Source: a bacterium (lineage in GTDB: Bacteria; Acidobacteriota; Aminicenantia; Aminicenantales; Aminicenantaceae). Taken from it: a stretch of 64,000 bases of DNA. This document shows, piece after piece, positions 31,001 through 41,124 of this stretch. The stretch spans positions 4,443-68,442 of the forward strand of contig JAGXKI010000006.1 in the NCBI GenBank assembly GCA_018335295.1, read 5' to 3'. How positions within the stretch are numbered: position 1 is the stretch's first letter; every line of letters starts with the position of its first letter. Below the pieces are notes generated by a model, which was not told where the DNA came from, made no database searches, and worked only from the letters and a program-made list of their open reading frames with translations. Position numbers and translations under genes: made by a program.

Positions 31001-32029
31001 TTATCGGAGTATGAATCCTTCATTGAGAGGGTCATCAGGGTCAAAGTAAAACTTATTCTCCCCTGTAATGTATGCGTTTCCAGATACTTCAGGAATCACA
31101 GCGGTGTATGGACCGAATCGGGTAATTTCCTTTATACATACTTCAAACTCGGTCCCGATTATACTTTCTATGACCACTGTTTCTCCTTTTTCAAGTTCTC
31201 CTCTTGAATAAAAGAGGGCTGCTCTGGCACTTACTCCGGTACCGGTGGGTGATCTGTCTACTTCTCCGTCAGCAAATATGCATACATTCCGACTGTGGTG
31301 GGAAGGATTTTCAGGGCCAGCTGTGATAATCGTGCCGTATAAAAAACCAAGCTCTTCCTCTTTAGGATGTTTTATTTCAATAGAATTTATCACAGCTCGT
31401 TTGATAGCCCGGCCCAGGTCAATCAACCGTTCATAATTTTTTGGATCCACAGACACATCCAATTCTTCAGCCCTGCAAAACGCGTAGAAAGCTCCTCCGA
31501 AGGCTATATCATAATGAACTCTGCCCAGACGGGGGACTGGAACTTGCTGGTCCTTTGTATAGACAAAAGAAGGAACATTTAAAAAAGAAACATGGGTTAC
31601 TTTCCGGTTCTTTCTGTAAGCAGAAGCTTTGACCCTGCCCGCAGGAGTATCCATTTTTATTTCGGGATTATTCTCTTCTTTTTTTATGATCCCTGTATCC
31701 AGAGTCATTTTGGCCAAAGCAATAATGGCATGACCGCACATAGTGCTGTAACCTTCATTATGCAGAAAAAACACCCCAAAGTCTCCATCTTCACTCACAG
31801 GTTCTGTCAGCACGGCTCCGTACATATCTACATGACCTCGGGGTTCCCACATCAACCCTTTACGTATGTGATCAAGATTGTCGCGGAAAAATCTTCTCTT
31901 TTCTAAAATTGTATCCCCGGGGATATCAGGCTGCCCTTTTGTTACAAGTCTTAAAGGTTCTCCTGCGGTATGCGCCTCCAACGTCTCAATCACTTTCCAG
32001 CCTGGGGGAGGTTTCCATTCAGAACTCAT
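31001..32029 (-). CDS. lhpH: Proline racemase family, Cys/Thr type: trans-3-hydroxy-L-proline dehydratase
   Basis: HTAGEP, WEPRGH.DMYG, STMCGH (Cys) and DRSPTGTG (Thr where racemases/epimerases have Cys). Confidence 0.85.
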   Translation of the reverse strand: MSSEWKPPPGWKVIETLEAHTAGEPLRLVTKGQPDIPGDTILEKRRFFRDNLDHIRKGLMWEPRGHVDMYGAVLTEPVSEDGDFGVFFLHNEGYSTMCGHAIIALAKMTLDTGIIKKEENNPEIKMDTPAGRVKASAYRKNRKVTHVSFLNVPSFVYTKDQQVPVPRLGRVHYDIAFGGAFYAFCRAEELDVSVDPKNYERLIDLGRAIKRAVINSIEIKHPKEEELGFLYGTIITAGPENPSHHSRNVCIFADGEVDRSPTGTGVSARAALFYSRGELEKGETVVIESIIGTEFEVCIKEITRFGPYTAVIPEVSGNAYITGENKFYFDPDDPLNEGFILR

Positions 32030-32043
32030 GTTTATTCCTTGTA

Positions 32044-33012
32044 TTAAAAACGGACTTCCCTTCCGATGCCTTTTTCCCTGGCATTTTTGTATATAAATTC
32101 TGAAACCACCAGGTCAAAAAGGGCCATCCCCACCGACTTAAAAACGGTGGTTTTTTCTCCTTTGAAATTTATGGCTAATTTCCTGGATATAATTTTTCCC
32201 ATTGTGATTATTTGATCCTTTCTAATCCAATCTTTTTCCACAGGAACTTTCAGGTCACCAGATTCAACAAAAGCGTGTTCTGTATCTACCACCATTCTTT
32301 TGATATTTTTAAACAATGCTTTTGGAAATTCTCTCATGTCAGGCTTATAAGACCCTATCCCCACGATATGTTTTCCCCAAAAAAGATTCTCATCATCAGA
32401 AAGCACAGGCTCTCTAGAGTTTGTAGCGGTTATAACGACATCAGATTTTGTTAACAACTCTTCAGAGCTGTTTTCTTTTTTAACTTTAATATTTTTAAGT
32501 GTATCCGTTAATTTTTCACCCAAACTCTCCGCTTTTTCAGAAAATTTATCATACACATAAATGGTCTTAAAATCTCTTTGAGTGCATGCTGAGATGGTTT
32601 GATTGAAACCCTGAACTCCAGCTCCCACAATCCCTAGGGTTTCGACCCTTTCTGAAGTCATATGACGTATGCTTACACTTCCCACAGCGGCTGTCCTCAA
32701 AGCAGTGAGCGCTGACCCATTAAGTAAAGCCAAAGGTTTCCCCGTTTCCCCGTCACTAAGGACCATAACACCAAAAAGCACAGGGATATGCTTTTTTGCA
32801 TTTTCAGGATATAAAGATACAACCTTTGTACCCATACTTTTTTCTGTGAAACAGGGCATCAACAAAAGGGTATTTCCTTTGTAATCAACATGCATACGCT
32901 CAGGCATATGAAAGCCTTTTTCTTCATATAAAAGCATGGATTTTTCCACAGAATCCACGATTTCATTCCGGGAAACAGCTCTCAGCATATCGTTTTGGCT
33001 TAATATAAGCAT
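32044..33012 (-). CDS. lhpI: Ornithine cyclodeaminase/mu-crystallin family; probable delta-1-pyrroline-2-carboxylate reductase
   Basis: LLMP, GTKVVS, LTALRTAAVG, GAGVQG, TVFKSVGMALFD; directly upstream of the Cys/Thr dehydratase. Confidence 0.78.
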   Translation of the reverse strand: MLILSQNDMLRAVSRNEIVDSVEKSMLLYEEKGFHMPERMHVDYKGNTLLLMPCFTEKSMGTKVVSLYPENAKKHIPVLFGVMVLSDGETGKPLALLNGSALTALRTAAVGSVSIRHMTSERVETLGIVGAGVQGFNQTISACTQRDFKTIYVYDKFSEKAESLGEKLTDTLKNIKVKKENSSEELLTKSDVVITATNSREPVLSDDENLFWGKHIVGIGSYKPDMREFPKALFKNIKRMVVDTEHAFVESGDLKVPVEKDWIRKDQIITMGKIISRKLAINFKGEKTTVFKSVGMALFDLVVSEFIYKNAREKGIGREVRF

Positions 33013-33090
33013 ATTACACGGACCCCTTCATAAAATAGGAATTGTCTTTCATCAGAATTGAGCCGCTTGGTGTATCGCTGAACTCCCATG

Positions 33091-34647
33091 TCAGGGAGTG
33101 AGTTCATCTGAACTCCCATATTGTTTCTGTAATTTTTCCAGTTCAGATTTAAGTTGAACCACTAAATCCTTATATTCAGGAAGAGGATAAAGGTTGAGAA
33201 GCTCTAAAGGGTCATTCTTTAAATCATAAAGTTCCCAGGCATCGATATCATAGTAATAGTGGATCAACTTATAACGGTGGGTTCGGATTCCATAGTGTCT
33301 TTTGACGCTGTGAACAGCTGGATATTCATAGTAGTGGTAGTATATAGAAGTACGCCAATCCGGAACCCTCTTTCCTTTGGACAAGGGACGAAGGCTTCTT
33401 CCCTGAATGTCTTCAGGTAAAGAAATACCGGCATAATCCAGGAATGTCGGAGCAAAATCAATGTTGAGAACCATATTCTTATTCACCGAACCCGGCTTTA
33501 TCTCTCGGGGGTATCTCATCAGAAGAGGCAATCTTAAAGATTCTTCATACATCCATCTTTTATCAAACCAACCGTGATCGCCCAGAAAAAAACCCTGATC
33601 GGAAGAATAGATGACTACTGTATTTTCCCTCAATCCGCTGGAGTCCAGATAATCCATTATTTTTCCCACACTCTCATCCACCGAAGCCACACATCGAAGA
33701 TAATCTTTGATGTATCTCTGGTATTTCCATCTTATCCGTTCTTCTCCTTTCAAGGAGGCTTCTCTAAAAGCCCTGTTTTTAGGTTCATAGGCGGCATCCC
33801 ATGCTCGCCTCTGTTCCTCACTCATCCTCCTATACTCTCTATTCCAGTTAGGACTTGCCCCTGGAGGCTTAAGCTTTAAATCCCATTTATCTCGGAGATG
33901 GCGGGCTATGGTCATTTCCTGCTCCCGGGCGGCCGGAGACCGGGTGGCATAACTATCAAACAGTGTTTCCGGCTCAGGGATGGCTTGGCCCTCATACTTA
34001 TGGAGATGTTTAGGTCCGGGCATCCAGTTTCGGTGGGGAGCCTTATGGTGACACATTAAACAAAAAGGCTTTTTTTTATCCCGATTTTTCAACCAATCCA
34101 GGGTTAAATCCGTGATAATTTCGGTAACATAACCGGAGTGTCGTCTCTTTTTTCCCATCTCTACAAAATCTGGATTATAGTAAGCCCCTTGTCCAGGAAG
34201 AATGTTCCAGTAATCAAACCCGGTAGGAGTGCTTTTTAAGTGCCATTTCCCCACCAGAGCTGTCTGATAGCCATTTTTCCGAAGAGTTTTGGGAAATGTT
34301 CTCTGACTTCCATCAAAGGTGTCTTTATTATCCACCACCCCGTTTAAATGACCGTACTTTCCCGTAAGAACTCCGGCCCGACTCGGAGCACAAATAGAAT
34401 TGGTACAAAAACAATTATCAAAACGGACCCCTTCTCGGGCAACCCGGTCAAGATGAGGGGTTCGGTTTATTTTACTCCCATAACAACTTAAAGCATGAGC
34501 GGCATGGTCATCGGTAAAAATAAACAGAAAGTTGGGCCTTTTTCCCTCTCCGGCACAGGATTTTATCCCCCATGAAGCCGTCAAGGCTACGGTTCCAAAA
34601 CCTATATTCTTTAGAAAATCCCTCCTGTTGTAATGATTCTCCTTCAT
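33091..34647 (-). CDS. Cys-type formylglycine sulfatase, Tat-exported (N-acetylglucosamine-6-sulfatase-like)
   Basis: NRRDFLK twin-arginine signal; FTDDH; [12 protein letters not shown] (CxPxR); GKWHL; HKAPH; [16 protein letters not shown]. Confidence 0.9.
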   Translation of the reverse strand: MKENHYNRRDFLKNIGFGTVALTASWGIKSCAGEGKRPNFLFIFTDDHAAHALSCYGSKINRTPHLDRVAREGVRFDNCFCTNSICAPSRAGVLTGKYGHLNGVVDNKDTFDGSQRTFPKTLRKNGYQTALVGKWHLKSTPTGFDYWNILPGQGAYYNPDFVEMGKKRRHSGYVTEIITDLTLDWLKNRDKKKPFCLMCHHKAPHRNWMPGPKHLHKYEGQAIPEPETLFDSYATRSPAAREQEMTIARHLRDKWDLKLKPPGASPNWNREYRRMSEEQRRAWDAAYEPKNRAFREASLKGEERIRWKYQRYIKDYLRCVASVDESVGKIMDYLDSSGLRENTVVIYSSDQGFFLGDHGWFDKRWMYEESLRLPLLMRYPREIKPGSVNKNMVLNIDFAPTFLDYAGISLPEDIQGRSLRPLSKGKRVPDWRTSIYYHYYEYPAVHSVKRHYGIRTHRYKLIHYYYDIDAWELYDLKNDPLELLNLYPLPEYKDLVVQLKSELEKLQKQYGSSDELTP

Positions 34648-34776
34648 TTTCTTTTCCCTTTATTTCCCATTATAGGTTTTTGGATTTCAATCACATCCCA
34701 AAGAGAAATCCCCAAACAACTGCTGTTCCCGGATTTCTCCTTAGACCCTCGGTATTAATTTTTATTCACATTCTTT

Positions 34777-36237
34777 TCACTTTTTTTCTTTAAAGGTCTT
34801 TCTGTTTATGAATTTGTTAAGAAGAATAAACACGATCAAAGCTGTAATCCATTGAAAGAGAACCGTTCCCAGCGAGGAGGGAGATATTATTTTATACCAA
34901 TGATGAGGGTCTTGAGAGTAGCTGTTCCAGAACCACCATCCCAGCATGGCTATAATTTGAACAGGAAGCAGGTATTTAACCAAAATATCAAAGGCTTTCC
35001 CCAACCGGTATTTACCATAGGAGGCAAATATTTTCTGCCGGAAAACTTCCGGCCTTATTTTAATCAACAGGACTATAAAAAAGGACCCGCTGACCATTAA
35101 ACCTAATCCCCAAACCCAGTCCTGGTTATTGAAAAATCCCATGCTCAGGGCCGAAGGAAGGCCTAAAACAAAGCAAGTCACTCCTACAATTTTCACCGCT
35201 TTCTTTCTCAAAAAGCCCGCATCCATAAACACTCGGGTTATGAGTTCCAGTTGGGAAAGAAGGGAGGAAAAGGCAGCAAAACAGAGCCCCAGAAAAAAGA
35301 GAGCCAAGAAAAAAGTCCCCGATGGAATTTTGGAAAAAAGTTCAGGTATCCAGATAAAAGTCAGTCCCACATTATCTGTCTCCATAACCTTCAAAGATTT
35401 CTCCAGAGAACCCGGTTGACTGGAAAAAAAAGCAAAAACAGTGGGGATCACAGTAACTGCAGCCAGAAGAGAAGCTAAATAATCCCCAAAACCCAAAGTG
35501 GTCGCCGTTAAAACGGAGTTTTCTTTTTTATGGGCATACACAGCATAGGTTAGCATCAATCCCCACCCTGCTCCAGTGGACCAAGCACACTGGCTGAGCG
35601 CATTCATCCACACCTCGGGATCTGCCAGCATGTGAAATTTAGGTGAAAAGATATAATCAAGCCCTTTCAAAGCCCCGGGTAAAGTCAGAGCCCGGATGCA
35701 AGCTACGACTAAAATTATAAAAAGAGTGGGAATAAATATTCTATTCGCTCTCTCTATTCCTTTGGTCACTCCAAAATAAATAATAAAGCACCCTATCCCT
35801 ATAGCAAACAGCTGGAATAAAACAGGCTGCCAAGAGGAGGAGAAATGGCGCCAGAATTGAAGGGGGTGTTTATGGGTCAAACCTTGAAAGACCGTAGCAA
35901 AAAAATATTTCAAGCACCAGCCTACAACCACAGTATAATAAAAAGTAATCGCAGCCGTAACAAAGGCAACAAACGTCCCCATCCAACTGTACTTTTGACC
36001 CATCAATTTCCCAAAAGAACCTATAACTCCCTTTCGAGAGTTTTTACCGATTGAAAGCTCAATGACAAGAAGGGGGATAGCCCAGATAAAGAGAAAAAGG
36101 AGCCAAGCAATTAAAAACGCTCCTCCCCCATATTGGGCCACTATTCGGGGAAAACGCCATAAGTTTCCTGTCCCTACAGCCATTCCCAAACCAGCCAGGA
36201 TTATTCCCCAACGAGAAAAGGTTTCTTTCTTCTCCAT
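34777..36237 (-). CDS. Sodium-dependent transporter, NSS/SNF family (amino acid/imino acid candidate)
   Basis: FSRWG...GMAVGTGNLWRFP, GGGAFL, WSTGAGWG; multiple TM helices. Confidence 0.9.
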   Translation of the reverse strand: MEKKETFSRWGIILAGLGMAVGTGNLWRFPRIVAQYGGGAFLIAWLLFLFIWAIPLLVIELSIGKNSRKGVIGSFGKLMGQKYSWMGTFVAFVTAAITFYYTVVVGWCLKYFFATVFQGLTHKHPLQFWRHFSSSWQPVLFQLFAIGIGCFIIYFGVTKGIERANRIFIPTLFIILVVACIRALTLPGALKGLDYIFSPKFHMLADPEVWMNALSQCAWSTGAGWGLMLTYAVYAHKKENSVLTATTLGFGDYLASLLAAVTVIPTVFAFFSSQPGSLEKSLKVMETDNVGLTFIWIPELFSKIPSGTFFLALFFLGLCFAAFSSLLSQLELITRVFMDAGFLRKKAVKIVGVTCFVLGLPSALSMGFFNNQDWVWGLGLMVSGSFFIVLLIKIRPEVFRQKIFASYGKYRLGKAFDILVKYLLPVQIIAMLGWWFWNSYSQDPHHWYKIISPSSLGTVLFQWITALIVFILLNKFINRKTFKEKK

Positions 36238-36564
36238 TTTTTATTCCTTTACTTAGAAATTATTGAATTCTTGACCTTTCTTTTTCCTTTGCCTAAAGAC
36301 CATTCAGCATCTCCTGCTAAATACTTACTAATTTTACCTCCTATTCTCTTCTGAGTTTTTAATATTTTCTGTTCTTATATATGAATTTATAAAACATTAA
36401 ATATCAAATTATTTTCGAGTTCAAGAAATTTTTTTGTTTATTTCTATATTTATAGGTTGATACTTGTCATTTTTTTTCTTTTGATATATTTTATTTCAGA
36501 CTGGATAATCTAAAACCAGACTTGAAATTCCAGTGAGAAAATTCCTCCGTATAAGGAGGGGAGC

Positions 36565-37728
36565 ATGAAAAAATTGAGGGCGTATTTCACACTTCTTTTG
36601 ATAACCCTTCTAATTGGAGTCTTTATGTTTTGTAAAAAAGATTCCAAATCCAAACAAGACTTAACTCAAAGGAATAGAAAAACCCAAATGGATATTCAAA
36701 AACAGACTTTTGGAAAACTTCCGGACGGAAGAGAAATTATTCTCTACACTCTGGTCAACGGGGAGGGAATGGAAGCTCAAATCATGACTTATGGAGCGAC
36801 CCTGGTTTCATTAAAAGTCCCGGATTCCCAAGGAAACCTGGAAGATATAACCTTAGGCCACTATTCTCTGCAAGGGTACCTTGAAGCCTCTCCCTATTTT
36901 GGTGCGACCGTAGGACGCTACGCCAACCGGATTGCCCATGGAAAATTCACCTTGGATGGTGTGAAATATCAGCTTCCCACCAACGAAAGGGAGCATCACT
37001 TACACGGAGGGACTAAAGGATTTGACAAAAGAGTCTGGCAGGCTAAGGCTGTCCACAAACAAAAGGCAGTGGGAGTTGAATTTCAATACTTGAGTCCAGA
37101 CGGGGAACAAGGATATCCGGGAAATCTTTCCTGCACCGTAACCTATTTTCTGACTAAGGACAATCAAATAAAAATAAAATACCAGGCTGAAACAGACAAA
37201 TCCACCCCCCTAAACTTAACCCATCACAGTTATTTTAACCTGGATGGACAAGGAAAAGGAGATATCCTGGACCACATTTTGATGATAAACGCTCATAAAT
37301 ACACGCCCGTCAATGAAGACCTGATTCCCACTGGGGAAATACGTTCTGTGAAAGAGACTCCTTTGGATTTCACATCTCCTCGTAAAATAGGTTCCCGCAT
37401 TGATAAAGTGGAAGGCGGATATGACCATAATTATGTCCTGGATAAAAGCGAGAATAATTTGGTTTTAGCTGCCAGAGTGGAAGGACCTGATAGCGGCCGA
37501 GTTATGGAACTCTACACCACAGAACCTGGAATCCAGTTTTACTCTGGAAATTTTCTGGAAGGGACTATAGAAGGAAAAAATAGTGAAATTTATCACCAGC
37601 ATTATGGCTTCTGCTTGGAACCCCAGCATTTCCCGGATTCTCCCCACCATCCTGACTTTCCTTCAACCATTTTAAGACCAGGTGAAAAATACCACAGCTT
37701 TAGTGTGTATAAATTTTATACTCAATAA
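36565..37728 (+). CDS. galM: Aldose 1-epimerase (galactose mutarotase) with N-terminal export/lipoprotein-like signal
   Basis: GATVGRYANRIA, HHLHGG, NLTHHSYFNL, GYDHNY, GFCLEPQHFPDSP; SD AAGGAGG. Confidence 0.92.
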   Translation: MKKLRAYFTLLLITLLIGVFMFCKKDSKSKQDLTQRNRKTQMDIQKQTFGKLPDGREIILYTLVNGEGMEAQIMTYGATLVSLKVPDSQGNLEDITLGHYSLQGYLEASPYFGATVGRYANRIAHGKFTLDGVKYQLPTNEREHHLHGGTKGFDKRVWQAKAVHKQKAVGVEFQYLSPDGEQGYPGNLSCTVTYFLTKDNQIKIKYQAETDKSTPLNLTHHSYFNLDGQGKGDILDHILMINAHKYTPVNEDLIPTGEIRSVKETPLDFTSPRKIGSRIDKVEGGYDHNYVLDKSENNLVLAARVEGPDSGRVMELYTTEPGIQFYSGNFLEGTIEGKNSEIYHQHYGFCLEPQHFPDSPHHPDFPSTILRPGEKYHSFSVYKFYTQ

Positions 37729-37787
37729 ATAGAATTCTAATACCTGAATTATTCTTTAAATCCAAAACCTTCTTAGGTGATAAAAAA

Positions 37788-40151
37788 TCAAAAAGCTTCG
37801 TGCTCGGTCCTTTTTATAATCTCATTCTGGAGCTTTTCACTGAGGTCCACAAAATAATCACTGTACCCGGCGACCCGGACAATTAAATCTCTGTACTTTT
37901 GAGGATATTTTTGAGCTTCTCTCAACATATCTGCACTGACTACATTCAGCTGAATATGATGTCCATCCATTGCAAAATAGGATCTGATTAAATGAGCCAT
38001 CTTTTCTATTCCTTCCTCATCCTGTAAGAGACTGGGAGTAAATTTCTGATTTAAAAGAGTCCCTCCCGTGCGTAAATGATCCATCTTGGCTACGGATTTT
38101 AAAACAGCGGTAGGACCGTTCCTGTCGGCTCCCTGAACAGGAGATATTCCTTCAGAGAGAGGTTCTCCGGCTAACCTTCCGTCCGGAGTGGCCCCCACGA
38201 CTTTACCAAAATAAATATGGACTGTAGTGGGTAAAAGATTTATCCGATAACATCCCCCTTTGGTATTAGGGCGGCCGTTTATAGTGTGGTAATAAGTGTT
38301 GAAGAGTTTCTTCATCAGGTTATCCGCATAATCATCGTCATTTCCGTACTTAGGAGTCTTATTGAGCAGTCTCTGTTGAAGTGCCTGTTTCCCTCCAAAA
38401 TTTACCTTTAAGGCCTGCAGAAGCTCTTTCATATTCACTTGTTTTTTCTCATAGACATTGTATTTCAAAGAAACCAAAATGTCGGTCATGGTTCCTGTTC
38501 CTACTCCCATTATGTAGGAAGTATTGTACCGAGCTCCTCCATCATGATAATCCTTTCCTTTAGCGATACAATCATTTATAAGAAGTGAAAGATAAGGTGC
38601 AGGGAGATAGTGAGCATAAAGACGTTCGATGATGTTATTCCCTTTTATTTTTATATCTATAAAATGATTGAGCTGCTTTTTAAAGGCGTTATACAATTGG
38701 TCAAAAGAAGAAAACTCTTGAGGATCTCCTGTAGATAAACCAATTTTTTTCCCTGTTCGAGGGTCTATCCCTTTATTCAGGGTGATTTCCATAACCTTGG
38801 TCAAATTGAAGTAACCGGTTAAATTATAATTTTCTTTCCCGAAAGCCCCTGTCTCCACACAGCCGCTGCATCCTCCATTCCGAGCGTCCTCGATGGATTT
38901 TCCCTGTTTTATCAATTCCTGGACGATCGAGTCTGTGTTGAAAATGGAAGGCTGTCCAAATCCCGTTTTTATAATTTTGAGGGCTCTTTTAAGGAAACTC
39001 AGGGGGGTTTTTTTACTTATTTGCACCATAGAAGAAGGTTGAACTATCCTCATTTCCTCAACAACATCCAAAATAAGATAAGAGAGCTCGTTCACTCCAT
39101 CGGCACCATCTTCTTTAACGCCTCCTGTATTGATCAAAGCAAAATCTGTGTAAGTGGCGCTTTCCTCTGCAGTCACTCCGACTTTGGGTGGTGCCGGTTG
39201 GTTGTTAAATTTCACCCAAAAAGCCTGTAAAAATTCTCTGGCTTTCTCTTTGGTAAGGGTTTTTTCTTCGAGTCCTTTTTTATAAAAAGGGAAAAGGTGC
39301 TGGTCCAGCCTTCCTGGATTGAAAGAATCCCACGTATTATATTCAATCACCACACCCAAATGGACGAACCAGTAGGACTGGAGAGCTTCCCAGAAATCCC
39401 TGGGTGGATGGGCGGGTACCCGGGAACAAATTTGAGCCATTTTTTGAAGCTCTTTTTTCCTTTTTGGAGATTCCTCTTTCTCTGCAAGTTCTTTGAGTTT
39501 CATGCTGTGGCGTTGGGCATACATGATGAGGGCATCCGCACAGATCTCCATGGCTTTCAGCTCTTCTTTTTTATGGTAAGCTTCCGGATCGTTGTAGAAA
39601 TCAAGGTTATTCATACTTTCTTTTATTTCTCTTTTGAAATTCCGAAACCCTTTTTTATAAATTTTATCATCCAAAACAGTATGTCCCGGGGCTCTCTGTT
39701 CCTGAAATTCAGTGAACACCCCCGCTTCAAAAGTGTCTTTCCATTCAGGGGAAATAACCTTGAAAATTCTGTTTCTAATGGACCTATTTTTCCAGTAAGG
39801 AATTATTTCTTCTCTGTATAGCTTTTTGACTTCTTCACTTACTGCAAAGGGAATTTTTTCTCTGTTGTTTAATATCTCCAAATCTTTCAAACCATGAGTA
39901 CATATCTCGGGATAAGTGGGGGTAGCTTTGGGAGCTGGCCCCCTTTCCCCTACAATGAGTTCTCCCTCATTGATGCATATTTCTTTATTTTCTAGTAAAT
40001 ATTTAAAAGCTAAAGCCCTCCTCACTGGTGCTGATACTGTATCCGCCTCTTTACTTTTATAAAATTGGGTTATCAGTTTGGCTCTTTCTGGTGTAATATA
40101 AGGTTTTGCCTCTAAACTCTGTTTTCTTAACTTTTTAATTCTTTCTTTCAC
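37788..40151 (-). CDS. hypD: Glycyl radical enzyme, trans-4-hydroxy-L-proline dehydratase
   Basis: TEFQEQRAPGH, WDSFNPGRLDQ, FNNQPAPPKVG..EESATYTDFA, SGCVETG (Cys-x-Glu), LTGY, LPTT, RVAGYS (Gly loop); 787 aa; matches the recalled C. difficile HypD motifs. Confidence 0.88.
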   Translation of the reverse strand: MKERIKKLRKQSLEAKPYITPERAKLITQFYKSKEADTVSAPVRRALAFKYLLENKEICINEGELIVGERGPAPKATPTYPEICTHGLKDLEILNNREKIPFAVSEEVKKLYREEIIPYWKNRSIRNRIFKVISPEWKDTFEAGVFTEFQEQRAPGHTVLDDKIYKKGFRNFKREIKESMNNLDFYNDPEAYHKKEELKAMEICADALIMYAQRHSMKLKELAEKEESPKRKKELQKMAQICSRVPAHPPRDFWEALQSYWFVHLGVVIEYNTWDSFNPGRLDQHLFPFYKKGLEEKTLTKEKAREFLQAFWVKFNNQPAPPKVGVTAEESATYTDFALINTGGVKEDGADGVNELSYLILDVVEEMRIVQPSSMVQISKKTPLSFLKRALKIIKTGFGQPSIFNTDSIVQELIKQGKSIEDARNGGCSGCVETGAFGKENYNLTGYFNLTKVMEITLNKGIDPRTGKKIGLSTGDPQEFSSFDQLYNAFKKQLNHFIDIKIKGNNIIERLYAHYLPAPYLSLLINDCIAKGKDYHDGGARYNTSYIMGVGTGTMTDILVSLKYNVYEKKQVNMKELLQALKVNFGGKQALQQRLLNKTPKYGNDDDYADNLMKKLFNTYYHTINGRPNTKGGCYRINLLPTTVHIYFGKVVGATPDGRLAGEPLSEGISPVQGADRNGPTAVLKSVAKMDHLRTGGTLLNQKFTPSLLQDEEGIEKMAHLIRSYFAMDGHHIQLNVVSADMLREAQKYPQKYRDLIVRVAGYSDYFVDLSEKLQNEIIKRTEHEAF

Positions 40152-40153
40152 TC

Positions 40154-41107
40154 TTATCCTCCTATTTTTACAGAAAAACCGTGATCTTCCAGAGTTTTTT
40201 TTATCTCTTCAGATTTCTTCTCGGAAGGAGGATGAAAATCACCCTGGGGGGTTTTCTTTTTCAACCTTTTGTATTTTTCAACCCACCCTCTATGGTAGGG
40301 TAGCAGATCTATCTGATTAAGGTTTAATGACCAAAGAAATTGAGCTAAATCTACAATATTTTTCTCATTATCATTAACACCCGAAATAATAGGCATTCTC
40401 ACTACCACAGGCCTTTCTTTTTTGGAGAGAGTTTTGAGGTTATCCAGTATTTGACTATTATCCACTCCGGTGTATTGTTTATGTTTTTTCTTATCCATCA
40501 CTTTAATATCATAAAGGAAAAGATCTATTTTGGTATATAATTTTTCTAAGATTTCCGGAGAGACAAAGCCAGAGGTATCCACGGCTGTATGAATTTTTCT
40601 TTCATTAAGGGCATCCAGAAGGGCTTCGAGAAATTCAGGCTGCATAAAGGGTTCCCCACCCGAAATAGTGGCTCCTCCTCCCGATTGATCGTAAAACACC
40701 TTATCTTTTTCTATTTCCTTTATCACTTCCTCTACGGTTGTCCCCTTTCCTATAATTTCCAAGGCTTCATAAACGCATACATCCACACATTTTCCGCATA
40801 AATCGCATCGGCTCCAGTCAATTTTTATCTTTTTACCCTCTTGGGAAATAGCCTGGAGAGGACATACCGGAATACAGGCCCAACATGTCTTTCCACATCT
40901 TTCGGCTCTGTACATAATTTGAGGTTCCTTCTCCATTCCTTCTGGATTCTGGCACCAAGAACAACCTAAAGGACATCCTTTGAAAAACACAGTAGTGCGG
41001 ATGCCTGGACCATCATGAACAGCGTAACGTTTTATATCGAATATACGGCCCTTCCCTTGATTCCCGGTTTCATTTAAACTTTTTTGGATAGAAAACCTTT
41101 TACTCAT
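40154..41107 (-). CDS. Glycyl-radical enzyme activating enzyme (radical SAM with ferredoxin insertion), cognate to HypD
   Basis: HDGPGIRTTVFFKGCPLGCSWCQNPE; CxxxCxxCxxxCP and CxxCxxCxxxC insert; SGGEP; 2 nt upstream of hypD. Confidence 0.92.
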   Translation of the reverse strand: MSKRFSIQKSLNETGNQGKGRIFDIKRYAVHDGPGIRTTVFFKGCPLGCSWCQNPEGMEKEPQIMYRAERCGKTCWACIPVCPLQAISQEGKKIKIDWSRCDLCGKCVDVCVYEALEIIGKGTTVEEVIKEIEKDKVFYDQSGGGATISGGEPFMQPEFLEALLDALNERKIHTAVDTSGFVSPEILEKLYTKIDLFLYDIKVMDKKKHKQYTGVDNSQILDNLKTLSKKERPVVVRMPIISGVNDNEKNIVDLAQFLWSLNLNQIDLLPYHRGWVEKYKRLKKKTPQGDFHPPSEKKSEEIKKTLEDHGFSVKIGG

Positions 41108-41124
41108 CCAAATCTATCCTTTTC

